A DNA stretch of 64,000 bases from NCBI GenBank assembly GCA_036172245.1, contig JAYWIR010000017.1:496001-560000 (forward strand), read 5' to 3'. The notes beneath the pieces are model-generated. The model saw only the letters and a program-made list of their open reading frames with translations. It searched no databases and was not told where the DNA came from. The translations under genes were made by a program, and so were the position numbers. This document shows, piece by piece, positions 42,286 through 54,200 of this stretch. How positions within the stretch are numbered: position 1 is the stretch's first letter; every line of letters begins with the position of its first letter. Source of the DNA: Raillietiella orientalis (lineage: Eukaryota).

Positions 42286-43318
42286 TAATCGGAGGCACAG
42301 AAGCGGAGAGTCTCACGGCGTGTTTGAATAGAAACACAAAAGAGTTCCCATCTTTTGAGTTGGGCAGCAGAATCATTCAGTCTGATTTAAGACCTTACAT
42401 CCTGTGGCGTCCAAATTAAAATCTTAGCTCGAAGTTTAGAGTATCCTATTCTATCTTGCTAAAGTGCGTTTAAGTCTTACGAACTCCTGGAATCTTTTCA
42501 CTTTGTAGGAGTGTTCTGATGTAAGCGATTCCAGCAGTATTTCCAGAATGCACACACGCATCCTGATGAAGGCGTGTTGCATCCTGGTTACCCCAGGGAC
42601 GCAAAACTGACCTCGTGTTCGATAGCATTAGTGGGCAAAAGTTCACTTTTCTTATTGATGATGTTGCTTTTTTCTTGTAACTTGATTAAAAAAAAAAAAA
42701 GATTTTTTCTCTCTTTCTTTCCTGCTTTTCTCTTGATCATAACCGAGATGTTGCACTGTTGCAATTATCTCTTAATGTTTTTTTTTTGGCTCGTGATAAA
42801 ATTGTGAGATGCGAATCTTTTTGGTTAAAACAATCACCATGCAGGAAACCGAGAGTTCTTCGAGAAACCCCTACTCTTTCTGCGCCAAGCAGAAGGAGTA
42901 GAGGTTACTACTTACATGAGCCAATCTGTTGCATCTCATCTTGTGCACCAATCGTTTTTCTGCCTGTTTTTCAATAAAACAGAAGACATGAGTGAAATGT
43001 TCTCTTCATTTTGCCTTTCTCAGATATCATCATCTCAGGGAGAAGAAACGATCTCATCTGAAAATGATATGAATCCCATGAAGCTGCTGTTCGATCACAG
43101 CTGCTCTTCCATGTGCAATCGAGCGCATGGCTCTGTCTGATTACGTCCAAGGAGCCCTCCATTGGATGAACTTTTCCTGTTCAATGCAAATGGAACGGAA
43201 AACCAATAGACATGAAGTCACAACTTCAAGAACCTGAGGACCTCCTAATACTGTGGCTTCTGGTCACTACGTATGACGACAGGAAGGTTTCAAGTTCTCC
43301 TCGCCTGGTAAGTTCTAA

Positions 43319-43700
43319 ATGGTTCGCACCTTCAAGCAGAAGTATGCAAGGTGTGATAAGGTGGAGCAGTTGCATAGCTTCCTTCGGATGATCCGCGTCG
43401 GAGAGGGAAGAGAGAATTTAGCTTTATTTCTTTCTGATTCAGAACAAAGCAATGAAAGTACGGAAAACAGGTACGATTGCCGAGTGCTCACAAGCCCAGT
43501 TCCTTCGAGTTCTTTCCCACGCCGCCATCGATTTCGATGGGTGGGAAGACTCAGACGCTTGACGAGGTTCGAAAGCACACCATCCGATAGGGAGGAACGC
43601 AAACACTCGTAGGGTGTTTGACGAGAAGGAATCGTTCGCGGAATGACAGAATGGGATACCTGGGCGTGGGGAGTAAGAGGATCAGAATTTGTAGATGAAC
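43319..43700 (+). mobile_element. Possible Gypsy integrase C-terminal remnant
   Basis: MVRTFKQ...LHSFLRMIR resembles the AER(F/M)V(R/Q)TFK..L..FL..YR segment; a frameshifted W-I-P-G lies near 43650. Decayed. Confidence 0.25.
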
Positions 43701-43986
43701 TTCAGGACCCAGAGCCCAGCTCTCAGCACAGTCTGCATACAAGCACAAGAAAACCATCAACAGTAAATGGTGAGCGTGGAACACTAAGGAAAGCTGTTGG
43801 GCGGAAAAAGAAGACGGAAAGATCTCAGAACGAAACGTAATCAGGGCATTTGAAGAGATGGATATTTCTGGTTTGCCTCCTTAAAGACCTACAGAATAGT
43901 TCAACAGGGATTTCTGTACAACACCAGGATAATTGAATAGGTTTCTGTTGGCAACGGGGCACATGTTTGAATTAATAAACAACATG

Positions 43987-44033
43987 TTCTATTGTTTATT
44001 ATGTTTAATAAACAAACATAATAAACAATGGAA
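43987..44033. repeat. AT-rich hairpin (16-bp perfect stem, extendable to 20 bp, 7-nt loop)
   Basis: attgtttattatgttt-aataaac-aaacataataaacaat at 43991-44029. Confidence 0.85.
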
Positions 44034-44979
44034 AAATTCTGAGCCAATTATTTTTTTTTTATAAAATGTGGCATTTCTGGGAGTTTTGATATCTCTTTTT
44101 TCAGGATTGCCCTCTTCTTGAAAAAAAAAAAAATAATGTCATCTACTTTTTGTATACGAATATGAAATTTCCTGCCTTCATGAGGTGTGGAGAGAACGCA
44201 CAGCAAAATCACCCGTTTCTATAACTACCACGTTTCCGAAGAAACAGTTTGCGCTTTTATTTAGGAACTGATTAAAGGCGGAGATCAAGTGTGGTCTCTT
44301 TTTGTTCCTGCTGCTTTATCCTTCGTTCAGTATGTCAGATTTTGAACAAAAAAAAAGAAATCTTGGGGGAAGAAATCCTGGATTTTCATTGTGGGAGATG
44401 TTTCTTGCAAAATCATGGAGAGCAGTGTTATTGCTTAACACTGCTTTTGATACTTCAAAACAGATCTTTTTTTGTCTCCGCTTTGATTGATGCAAAGAAC
44501 TTTTCCCACGTGGAATTTTCCACCAAAAGGTTGCTTCTCTAGCTCGGTGTCTGCGTTTATGAAACGGCAGTGCTCTTGAGAACTTTGCTGTTTCTCTGAT
44601 AGGTGTGTTCACCTACACTGCTCACTACAAAGAGCTAGAGTTCATGATTGCCTTCAGTGACATGCGAGGTCGCTTCTGATAGATAGGCAGACAGAATTCA
44701 AAGACTACTAGCATTTCTGCAGAACGCAAAACGACACTTTGAATACCAAATCGATTTATTTCTGTACTTTTACGTCATGAGTTTTAAGAGGATCCGAGTT
44801 AAGAATCTTTTGACTCAGTGCTCTTCGAATAATTGCTGGCCCACCATGATCTCCCTTCTTTACTTCAAAAAATGCAGTCGAACCGCAACGGTTTCTCTTC
44901 TGTCATTGGAAATGGGAGCGTGGGCACCATGAATGATTTCTAACAGGTGGCTCCTGACGATTGACCTGCTGACATGCTC

Positions 44980-45212
44980 TCAGAGCTTGCAGAGATAGTT
45001 CAGCATAATTCCGCAGAACAGCATCATTTCGTGCCTCGAATAAAAGAACTGGCAGGATGCATTCAAATCACTAGACAAAGATTCCTTCTCTGGAAACTGA
45101 TCCGAGGACGAATACATTTTCAAAGTGTTGCCAATTTCCAGTGAAGCATCATTCGATGTTTCGGCGTCGTTCATCTCACTATCATCTTGGAAATCTGTGC
45201 TTTCTTGAGCTA
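44980..45212 (-). CDS. DIP-like gene terminal exon (acidic/Ser stalk plus short hydrophobic tail, possible GPI signal)
   Basis: Acceptor ttttctttcag; phase 1 matches the previous exon; reads VAQESTDFQDDSEM...MMLFCGIMLNYLCKL*. Confidence 0.65.
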
Positions 45213-48200
45213 CTGAAAGAAAAAAAATTCAATTATCCCTACAATAGTGCGTTCCATCCCATTTATTAAAGATTCCTTGTTATTACAAGTATTCCCTTGA
45301 ATGCAGTTAAATTTCCACTCTCCTTATAACCCGCAGATGAGAAATAGAAACGAACACTTATACACGAAGGAGTTAAAGTAATGTGCATCGAAGGACCAAG
45401 AAGAAACCAGCGTTATTGAGTGAAAAATAAAAAAAGAATACCACCTTTCATGAAGCAGCATAAGAGAAACAGCTGCTTTGGATCAATTTGGGTATAATGA
45501 GGGTATTCGCTGGGAACTGAACAAATAGGCAGCGCTGTATTCAGCATCGGATCCAGCAGTTTGGAGGCAAAAGAAGATGGGTATGATATTCAAAAGAAAT
45601 TGCTTCCACCGAGGCGAATCTGTGTCTGATTTCCAGATAAAACCAGATAAGTAATTCTCGTGTCTCGAGTGAAAATGTAAAAATAACTGAGGATGGCATC
45701 CGTTTTTATTCAAAACATGCCAGGATGCTGTTTTTTTTTTTTTAGAGATTTTTTGAATAATGCCGATCTGCTCCTTTGATCTCACCGATTCTCATAGTAC
45801 TGCTCTGTGTATGTGAGCTGCAGGTGCGGCACCGGTGGAAGCCGGAAACCGGATGACTCCGATGAGTGGTAGGGATTGGAAGTTGACCCTCCAGGGTCCA
45901 TTCAGGAATCAAGGAGTCGGTTGCCTTCGAGGTTCCCGTCCGGTTGTAAAAATGGAGCCGAGACCTTCCAGACTGTCGGAAGCGCGCAATTCCCTTCGGA
46001 AAGAGTCCTTTGTAGAAATTTGGAATCGTCCCTTCAGGGTTCTCTTCAGAGAAGTAACAGGGATCGGTCCCCTTGCTGGATCCCTCCGGAGAAGAAATGG
46101 AGGGTGGCCCTTCCGGGCGGTCCCTCCGAAGAGAATAAGGAAGAGCTCCCCTTCGCGGTTCGCTACCAAGAGTCATAAAGGAACGCACTTCTTTCTCAGG
46201 AGCCTTCCTGGATTCATAGGATGGTTCCTACGGGTTACCCCGTAATTTCGAGTTGCAACTGTACCTGAACTCTCCGAATAAGAAGTTGAGTGTCAATGTC
46301 GAGGTCAGACTGCGTGAACTTTGAGTTCGTCTTCGATAATTCAAGTTGAAAGATGAAACTCGACCTGAGCCACAATCAGATTCTCCTGCTGTAGGCATTC
46401 AAAGTACAAGGATGTCGATAGAGTACAGAGCATAGAAATGGTGGGAATGGCTTCCCTTCACTCTTCTTGTATATTCCTTATCTATTCGTTTCTTTTAAAT
46501 GAACAACCCAGAATCCAGGAATGAGAAGGAACTCAACTGCCTTTTAATACACTCTTATGTTCAGCTCTTCGCAGTTCTATTGTGTTCCAGAATGTGGAAA
46601 CTCATAAGTGAGGACAACGAAGGTCAAAACTGAAGAGTCCGAAACTCACTAAGGAACACCGAATAAGGGAATGAAGGGTGAGGAGAAGATCAGTTGATTA
46701 ATAAGTAAGTAACAGGTGAGAGAAACTGTCTCCATGATGATCAAGATGGTTCCCAAACGTCTTCATCGAACGTGTAATAGGAAACGAAGAAATAAAGAGC
46801 ATTAGTTTTTAGCAAATCTGTTGTTACGACGAAGAGGGGAACGTTCTTGATTTTTCGTTTCAATTTGAGGATTTCCAAAATCTCTGCAAAAAATCCATGC
46901 AGAATTTCCCTTGGAGCAGTTCCTTTTTTGATTGGACCAGAAGACAATCCGGTGTTTCGGTAAGGTATCTAACACGATTCTAGGACATCTCTCTGTTTGT
47001 CTGCCGATGACCGTAAGAACCTCTGATGAATAGAACTTTTCGATCCTTCTTGTGGAAGATGGATGCAACTGGATGCATATATTAGAGACGCATACAGACA
47101 ATCAGAACAGGAAGGAATATATTGAAGCTTCCATCGAATAGGCAACCATCACAAAAATGGCGACACCACTATATCGGATACTACAAGGTTTTGCCTTATG
47201 CCTGCCCCCGTTCTATAGATGTGACTCTTTAACTGAAATACTCCGCACTAAGGTGGACTCTGGCACACCAAAGATGCGTCTCATGGTGTCAGATGGAATC
47301 TTGTTTTCGCTTTCAAGTAGGCTGCCTTATATTTTTCTTGGAAAGTTTTTACTGCAGAGTAAGCTTTCCGGTTTGCTGTGAAGTTTCATCAGAACATGCA
47401 TGCAGGTTTTCTGCTTTATTGGATGTTTCGTGCTTCAACGCCGAGTGTTGCAGAATTTTCTTTACAGATAAGTAGCCAAGAGAAGCAACTTAAAGCTATT
47501 CCCTAGAAAAGAGAACATTTAAAAAAGGGAAATGGTTAATGGTTTCCTCTTCTAGCAGAAAAAACTACACTAGATGGAAACTTCAATGCATCCCTTCCTG
47601 TTCTGTTCTGGTTGTCTGCTAGCAGGTTTCTCGCTTTCCTTTGAATGAAGATTTCATCAAACAATTTGTAAACAGAGGTTCCATGAAAGATGAAGGATGT
47701 TTTCACGGATAGCTTGGAATTTTAGCACTGAGAAATGCTGAAAACAGTATGTTGATCAGAATTTTTGATAGTGAAAAAACAAGGGACTCAAGACAAGATG
47801 CGAACATCTTCTCTTTTATGGTACTCTTAACAAGGAAAATGCATTTGATGGTTCAAAAATGTGACTGAAAAAGAAAAAAAAAACACTACTTAATCTTTTA
47901 ATCCGGTTATGAAGCAGTATATTTATCGGAGACATGAGAAGAGTCATAGAATCCGAAATCCTCTTAGAATAAACTTCAAGTCTACTTTAGAAGAACAAAA
48001 TACCACATGATTCGAGTATGCATAATGGGTTTCGTTTGGTCCTTCATAAAACACAAGTGGTACTAACCATGTACACGTATAGTCCCGTTTGCCTCCCCGA
48101 ATGCATTCTTGGCCGTGCAGATATACAAGCCAGCATCTTTTTTCGCAAACTTCACGATGATCAGAGTCATGTGAACGATGTAGTAGGATAAAAACCGTTC

Positions 48201-51200
48201 TTCTGTTCTGTACTGATTGCTGTCAGCAATGATATTGGAACCTATCGAAGTACGAAAGATTATAATCATACAAAGTGATATCAAAAGCATTTCTTCGCTT
48301 CCAAACGAGAATCGAACTTGTATTCTTCTACCTCTGAACAGTTGAATGGCTAGAGCATAGATGTTTTGGTTTGTCAATAAGCTGAGACTTTTGAAGTATG
48401 TGGCAAACACCTGGAATTTACTGGAAAGTGGCAAAATGCGTACTCATAATATAATCGAAATTTTGAGCATGAAGGAATTCTGGAGGATATTGGTACTGCA
48501 AGAAACTGAGATGAAATCTTAGAGAATGCTTATAAAGAATGGACACAGAAACATGCATAGAGCGCTATAGAGATGAAGAAAAGAAACGAGGCATTTCTTC
48601 ATTTCCATTTTCACTACTGGGTTTTGGAAGGAATTTCCTCCAGGTTCTGGGTGGTTTCGAACGAAGAACAAGAAGTTGTAGAAAGGATAAAATCAAAAAT
48701 CGCATGCAGTACCTAAACGAGGACTATGATTTGTCTGGAAACAGGAAAAGAGCCGAAGTAACCCAAAAATTGAAAACATAATAAACCATTTCAGAAAAAC
48801 CTAGAAAAAAAAAAAAAGCATACAAAGTAAGGAATTCGGTGACAAAAACTTTTAGACCAGAGAATGCCTCAGAAACAAACTCCGACACGCTTACAGATAT
48901 CGAGACCCGACATTGTGATGTGTACTGATACTGACACTAGTAGCAAATGTTCTTCTGAAGTTCATCTGAAATACATTAAAAAGCATACACAAAAACAAAG
49001 CCAGTGGAATCCTGAAATTTGCTTTTTGGGGAGGGTGTGTGATTTAGCAATTAGAAACAACATTATCTCTGTCAGAAATAATTCCGTCACCAAAATAAAA
49101 AAAATAAAGTTCTCGAGAAGTAAACTAAATTTTATTCCCGAATCATATGCCATAAGCAGACCGAAATTATTCAAACCACTGCACCGAATGAAGATGTTAA
49201 TCCTTAATCCATTGAGTACCTGACTCCCAGGAAACTGTTCTCCGTTTGTTTTATTCTTATTATAGATGTTTTGGTTATCCCAAGAATGAAACAATAAAAA
49301 AAAGAAAAAAATGCACACTCCTCCAGGATGAATTTGGAAACAAAATTCCATGGGAAGAAGAATTAAGATCTTTGTCTTCCATTGCGAATGAGGATCTAAA
49401 TAAGATTCGAGGATTCGAACCTGCAGAAGAAAACGCTGTTGTTATCAAGATTTTCTAATTCGATAGAGGAAGCTTAGGATGGAAGGACTGAAAAACGTTT
49501 TAGATGCACACTCCAAAACTTCAAGAGAAGAGCTGAGCACTTCAACTCTTACTAGAAGAGAAATCGTCTGATGGATACCTGAATCTGAATCGGCTTCATC
49601 AGAGATAACACAAGATGAGGCAATTTTGCATCATTAGGACTTTCAGAGTCACAAATGGGAACATATTCGGATAAAATCATGTAAAAGTAAATGTGAAAGA
49701 AATAACATGAGTTTCTGTTTTCTAGAAATTTCGAAAGTTTTCGGGTTCTTCCTTATGTCTTGCAAGGAGTACTCTAATGAAGTAGGAAGTAAGAAGAAAA
49801 TCTCAGCTTCGTTGGACGAGACCTAAGTGTTGCATCAAAATTCACAAGTGAAAATGAAAACAGCCTCTGGATAAAGAAACGAACGTTTAGCATGTGATCG
49901 ACACATCATGGCAAAGAAAAGTTCCCATGGAAACGTTAAGCACCGGACTGTCACGTTTGCAAAGTTTAGAGCATTCAGAGCTTACTGCTTAAGGACTCCC
50001 TTGTTTCGCAGTGAGAAAAAGGAATCAGTGACAAATTATCTTCCCAGGAAGCCAATCCTTACCTTGGGAAATTCATGCCGAGTTATTTAATAAATAATCC
50101 GAGAATGGACGGACACTGTGCCGAAATTCCCGTGTAATTTCCAGATGACACGTAATATGTAAGTTATCATTCAGCGCATCCGTGCACTGGAGAATATGAG
50201 AAATGAGTTTCTGGATTCAGGTTATTAATTATCTTCTGAAATTTGTGCCTATTTAGGCAAGATGTAAAAAAAACTGGAAGGAAGAGTGTTGTGGAATGAA
50301 AGTCGATCAGATTGTGGGAAGCGGAATGTTCAAAAAATCATTTGATAGCAGAATCAATGATCTTACAGCATGCAGTGCGCTTTGGAACGGCATCAAGAAA
50401 ATTCAGCCAGATAGGCAATCCTCATTTCACACGGAGATGGAGTCGCTGCGGTTTGTTTGCTTTTCAGACATCTGCAGTGTGGCCCCGTGAGATCGAAATT
50501 AGCAAGTCGGTTGAAAACACCTCCACAAAAGAGGTCACCAGAAACCGTGATCGTGTAAAGGTCAAAATAAATCTCGACAAATCACTGGGACCGCGGCATT
50601 GACCTTTGAACTTGAATTATTTTCAGTTTGCAATGCGGGAGCAGATGAGAGTCTCATTTTAGCAAGGTCTGAAATGAATGAATGAGCATTCCAATGAGCA
50701 AGTTCCTCCAATGAGCTGTTTCAAGGCATACTCCACTTTGCTAGGTAATTGTGAAGTTCTGGGCCACTTGTTGGATTTGTTAAAATGCGCAGCAGACATT
50801 CATGAAAGCCATAAAAGAAATAAAGGAACAAATAAGTAAGCAGAACCACACTGACTCCCGGACGTAGAATTCAGCATTTTGAAGAAACCGGTGAGGTGAA
50901 GAGCTGAGGATTCAGCTCAGTACATCAATGAAAGACGTGAATGGAATGGGGTTTTCAGCAATAGTGGAAAAAATGATGATGGACATGTTTTTTTTTCCTG
51001 ATGACCTATCATTCCCGTGATACATCTTTATGAACCTGTGATATATCTTGCAAGTCAGGCAAAGTAGACGAAAAAATCCTGATAGATTTTTGATGTTACG
51101 TAATTCCTTGAATGACCTGAGTTCAAAGTGGAAGAACACGTGTTCTGAACTTCCCGCTGCTATTTTGTGACCGATAAACTTTTGGCCTTAATGACGTGAC

Positions 51201-54200
51201 CTGAAGTTTGACAGCATTCTTCTGCTACACTACTTTTTTCTTTTTAAAAAGTAGAAACTTCATTGTCTTGAAATGCTTGCGATCTCATCAATTTTTAATG
51301 ATTTTGTGAAAAGAAGATTCCTTGCTAACCAATCTCAGAAATGAATTCTTTTCTGCGGGGACAGTCGTCATGAACTCTTGATGACTTTTCGAAATTTACA
51401 GAGATTCGTTCACTTTCGCGATTTTTAGAAAGGTTTTCAACTGGAATTTGAACTACACGGGATTTTCTCATGCAGCCGGAGGACATTATGAGGATCATTT
51501 TCCACTTTTTCAAATGACAAGGATTCAGAAAGATTTCCTAGGATACTCCACAAACGCCTACGGAACTGGATGCATCTTACCTGTTCCTTTGTCGTTCTTC
51601 TTCGTCCAGTAACTAACCGAACTGGGAGACGTTTCCACAACGCATTCCAGCGTGATCGACTTCCCCAGTCGAGCCGACAGAATGTGAACTGGAACTCTGA
51701 TTAAAGGTGAGACTAAAAGAAGAGATGAGCCGAGTTCATGAAAGGTAATTGAATGACTCCATATTCCCAATCCTCTTATTTGTTCATCTGTTTTTTATCA
51801 ATAGGGTGGGACAGTGCATATTTGAATCATGTTGATCAAGAGATGTTCATCTATCTGAGATCAACTTTTAATATGGAGGAAATACGAAAAATTATTATAG
51901 GTAGCACCCGTTACAGACTTACAGTAAACTTTCACGAAAATCCTTTTGCTGATTGCGGGAGGCACGCCGTTCGATGCAATACACAAGTAAGGACCCATAT
52001 CAGATCGAGTAATTTTGGAGAGTGGTAACACTTGTCCCTTAAATTCGTCAACTGGAAAAATTGAGTAAACTCTCAGGAAGGAAGCAAATGTTCCTCGGAA
52101 AAGAAAATATGCACACAGACCCCTAGCAAAGAGTCACCGAACATTCAAACGCGCATCTCGATTTTTTGTCATTTTTTGTAAAGATCAAAATCACTGCAGA
52201 CGCTTCTCCTCTTTTTTTTTAAAAAAAAAACAAAAACAAAAGTGTAAACATGAAATAATCTTTTTCCAATGGAATATTCCCTGTATGAAAACTTTTGCCT
52301 CTTATATTCGATAGCACCAATCGGAAAGTGAACTTTTGGAAGTATTTTCGAAGTGTCTGATGTTTGTTTTAATGGATGGTAGTTTGTTCGTTTGGACCAG
52401 AGGCTTCCCGTAAGGTCACCCTAGGGTGGGGCGAAGTGGAAACGGAAGGAAGAGAGGTAATGACCAACCACGTGTGATTGGTAAGCCTGCGTTTCGATTT
52501 GTCTCCATTTTACAAGCGCTCCTAAGAGAACTGGGGGTCTCCAGTCTCTGAATCGTTGAAAGGAACCTTCGAAGAATTCTGAATTCAATTTTTGTGAAAC
52601 TCGTTCCAACGAATTTTTTCTGCATCCCGTATTTTGTTGTTGTTGTTGCTTGAAAAATGATGCGGTTTCAGCATCACCGCATAGCCACTGTCAGTAGCCT
52701 GAAGGAACCGTGCCCTCATGGAAAGAGTATGCAGTGCATCCATCGTTTTCATTTGAGAAAAGAATGGAAGTCCTCTGCTGTTAAACTTCCATTATTTTGC
52801 TGTTCAACGTCCGAGATGCAATCATTCATTGCAAAGGCCGTGGCATCTATCGGTTGGGACTACTGACAAATTGCCGAAGTGAAATAAAGTTCTGAACTGA
52901 GAAAAAAATCAAAGATGAACAGAAAATTCATTTTCAATGAAGTGTTAACCTGACTGAGTGTGTAAACGCTTTGAGCCGAAGTCACGAGTTTTTTCGTACA
53001 TGTCAATGAACAGGGAAGACTTCACTCTCTGAAATCCATGGAAACTTATCATACATCGTGGAATACTTTGCTTTCCTAGAATGAAGTCGTAATGCATTTC
53101 TGGATTTTCTCGATGTGATCCCAGATGTGCGAAGATTTTGTCACGAATACCTTATTCTTACATATCTCATCAGATATGCTCGTGGTTTTCTTGCAAATAA
53201 CCAGGGATGGTGCCAGCATTAATCAGGATTTTGCAAATGTTTCTGGGAGATAAGTAAGATAAAGCACTGATTATCACGACTGAACTATTATATGGAAAAC
53301 ACGAAAGAGGAAACATCATTTACTTTCCACTGGAACTGCATCTCAAGTGATCAGTTCGGCATGACGAGTGAAATCATATATGTAGTCTTCATGTCCAAGA
53401 ACAGTCATTTCGGTAAACCAACATTTCATTTTGCCCAGCCAATTGGTAACCAAAGCAGTGCTTGGGTAGGTGGTTATGCCATTCGCGACTCAAACGTTGG
53501 CCATCAACAACGCAAAAGAAAAACGTACACACGTACACACCATTTCACACGTATGCATTTTGAAGTGGGATGACGAGTGAAGCTTTGTTCCTTATTGCAA
53601 TGGACTGTTTCTACATTCATTAAAAATTTTCGGTATTCGGTTTCCATCCATTCCTAGTCCCTTTCCAGCGTAGAGGAAACATTTTGTTGCTGCACCTTCC
53701 GGAAATTACAAACACGAAATTGACAGCACATCAGTGAGCGTAGTCCTCAACCAAACCAACTGATCTTCGAATTTTTCTTCAGCAGCTTACGAAAAATTCG
53801 GGAAGTTAACTTGGATGCCTTTTTATTAGACACTTGCTTTGCTTCGAAAGAGTACGTCTTGTCGAGAGTGAACCTGACTAGTAGAGGTTCATGATTTAAT
53901 AATAGTAAAGTTACTCGAATTGGGGTTAATGTGTATTTGCCACTGGGAGTCGTACTTCTCTGCAATCTTCTATCAACCCATCATCGAAATTTTCTAGCCA
54001 TCGCTCAATGGAGCAATCTTCTATATTTGGAGGATATCTGAGGGGCTTCTCATTCCGATCCTCCAGTTTCCTGGTAGACAACAGATTCTGGAGAATGACT
54101 CCTAGTTTTTAGCAGCTTAGTTAGGATGTTGTGTTTAAGGAAACTGCAAATCTCTGGAGTCATGTCCTGCTTAAGGTCCATTGAACTTCTCCCTGTTGAT

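Noticed and set aside
45742..46245. GC-rich overlapping ORFs on both strands
   Set aside because: No recognisable domain; likely an intronic repeat fragment whose GC content suppresses stops.
12789..46447. Shared 15-mer tagaaatggtgggaa at ~12789 and ~46433
   Set aside because: One match of this length is expected by chance in 64 kb, and the flanks do not align clearly.
49405..49425. Perfect Pol III B-box GGTTCGAATCC on the minus strand (weaker ones near 39575 and 48310)
   Set aside because: No A-box or cloverleaf, so not a tRNA; at most SINE debris.
50530..50612. Cluster of AGGTCA/TGACCT nuclear-receptor half-sites in a DIP intron
   Set aside because: The spacing matches no canonical response element and could be chance or repeat-derived.
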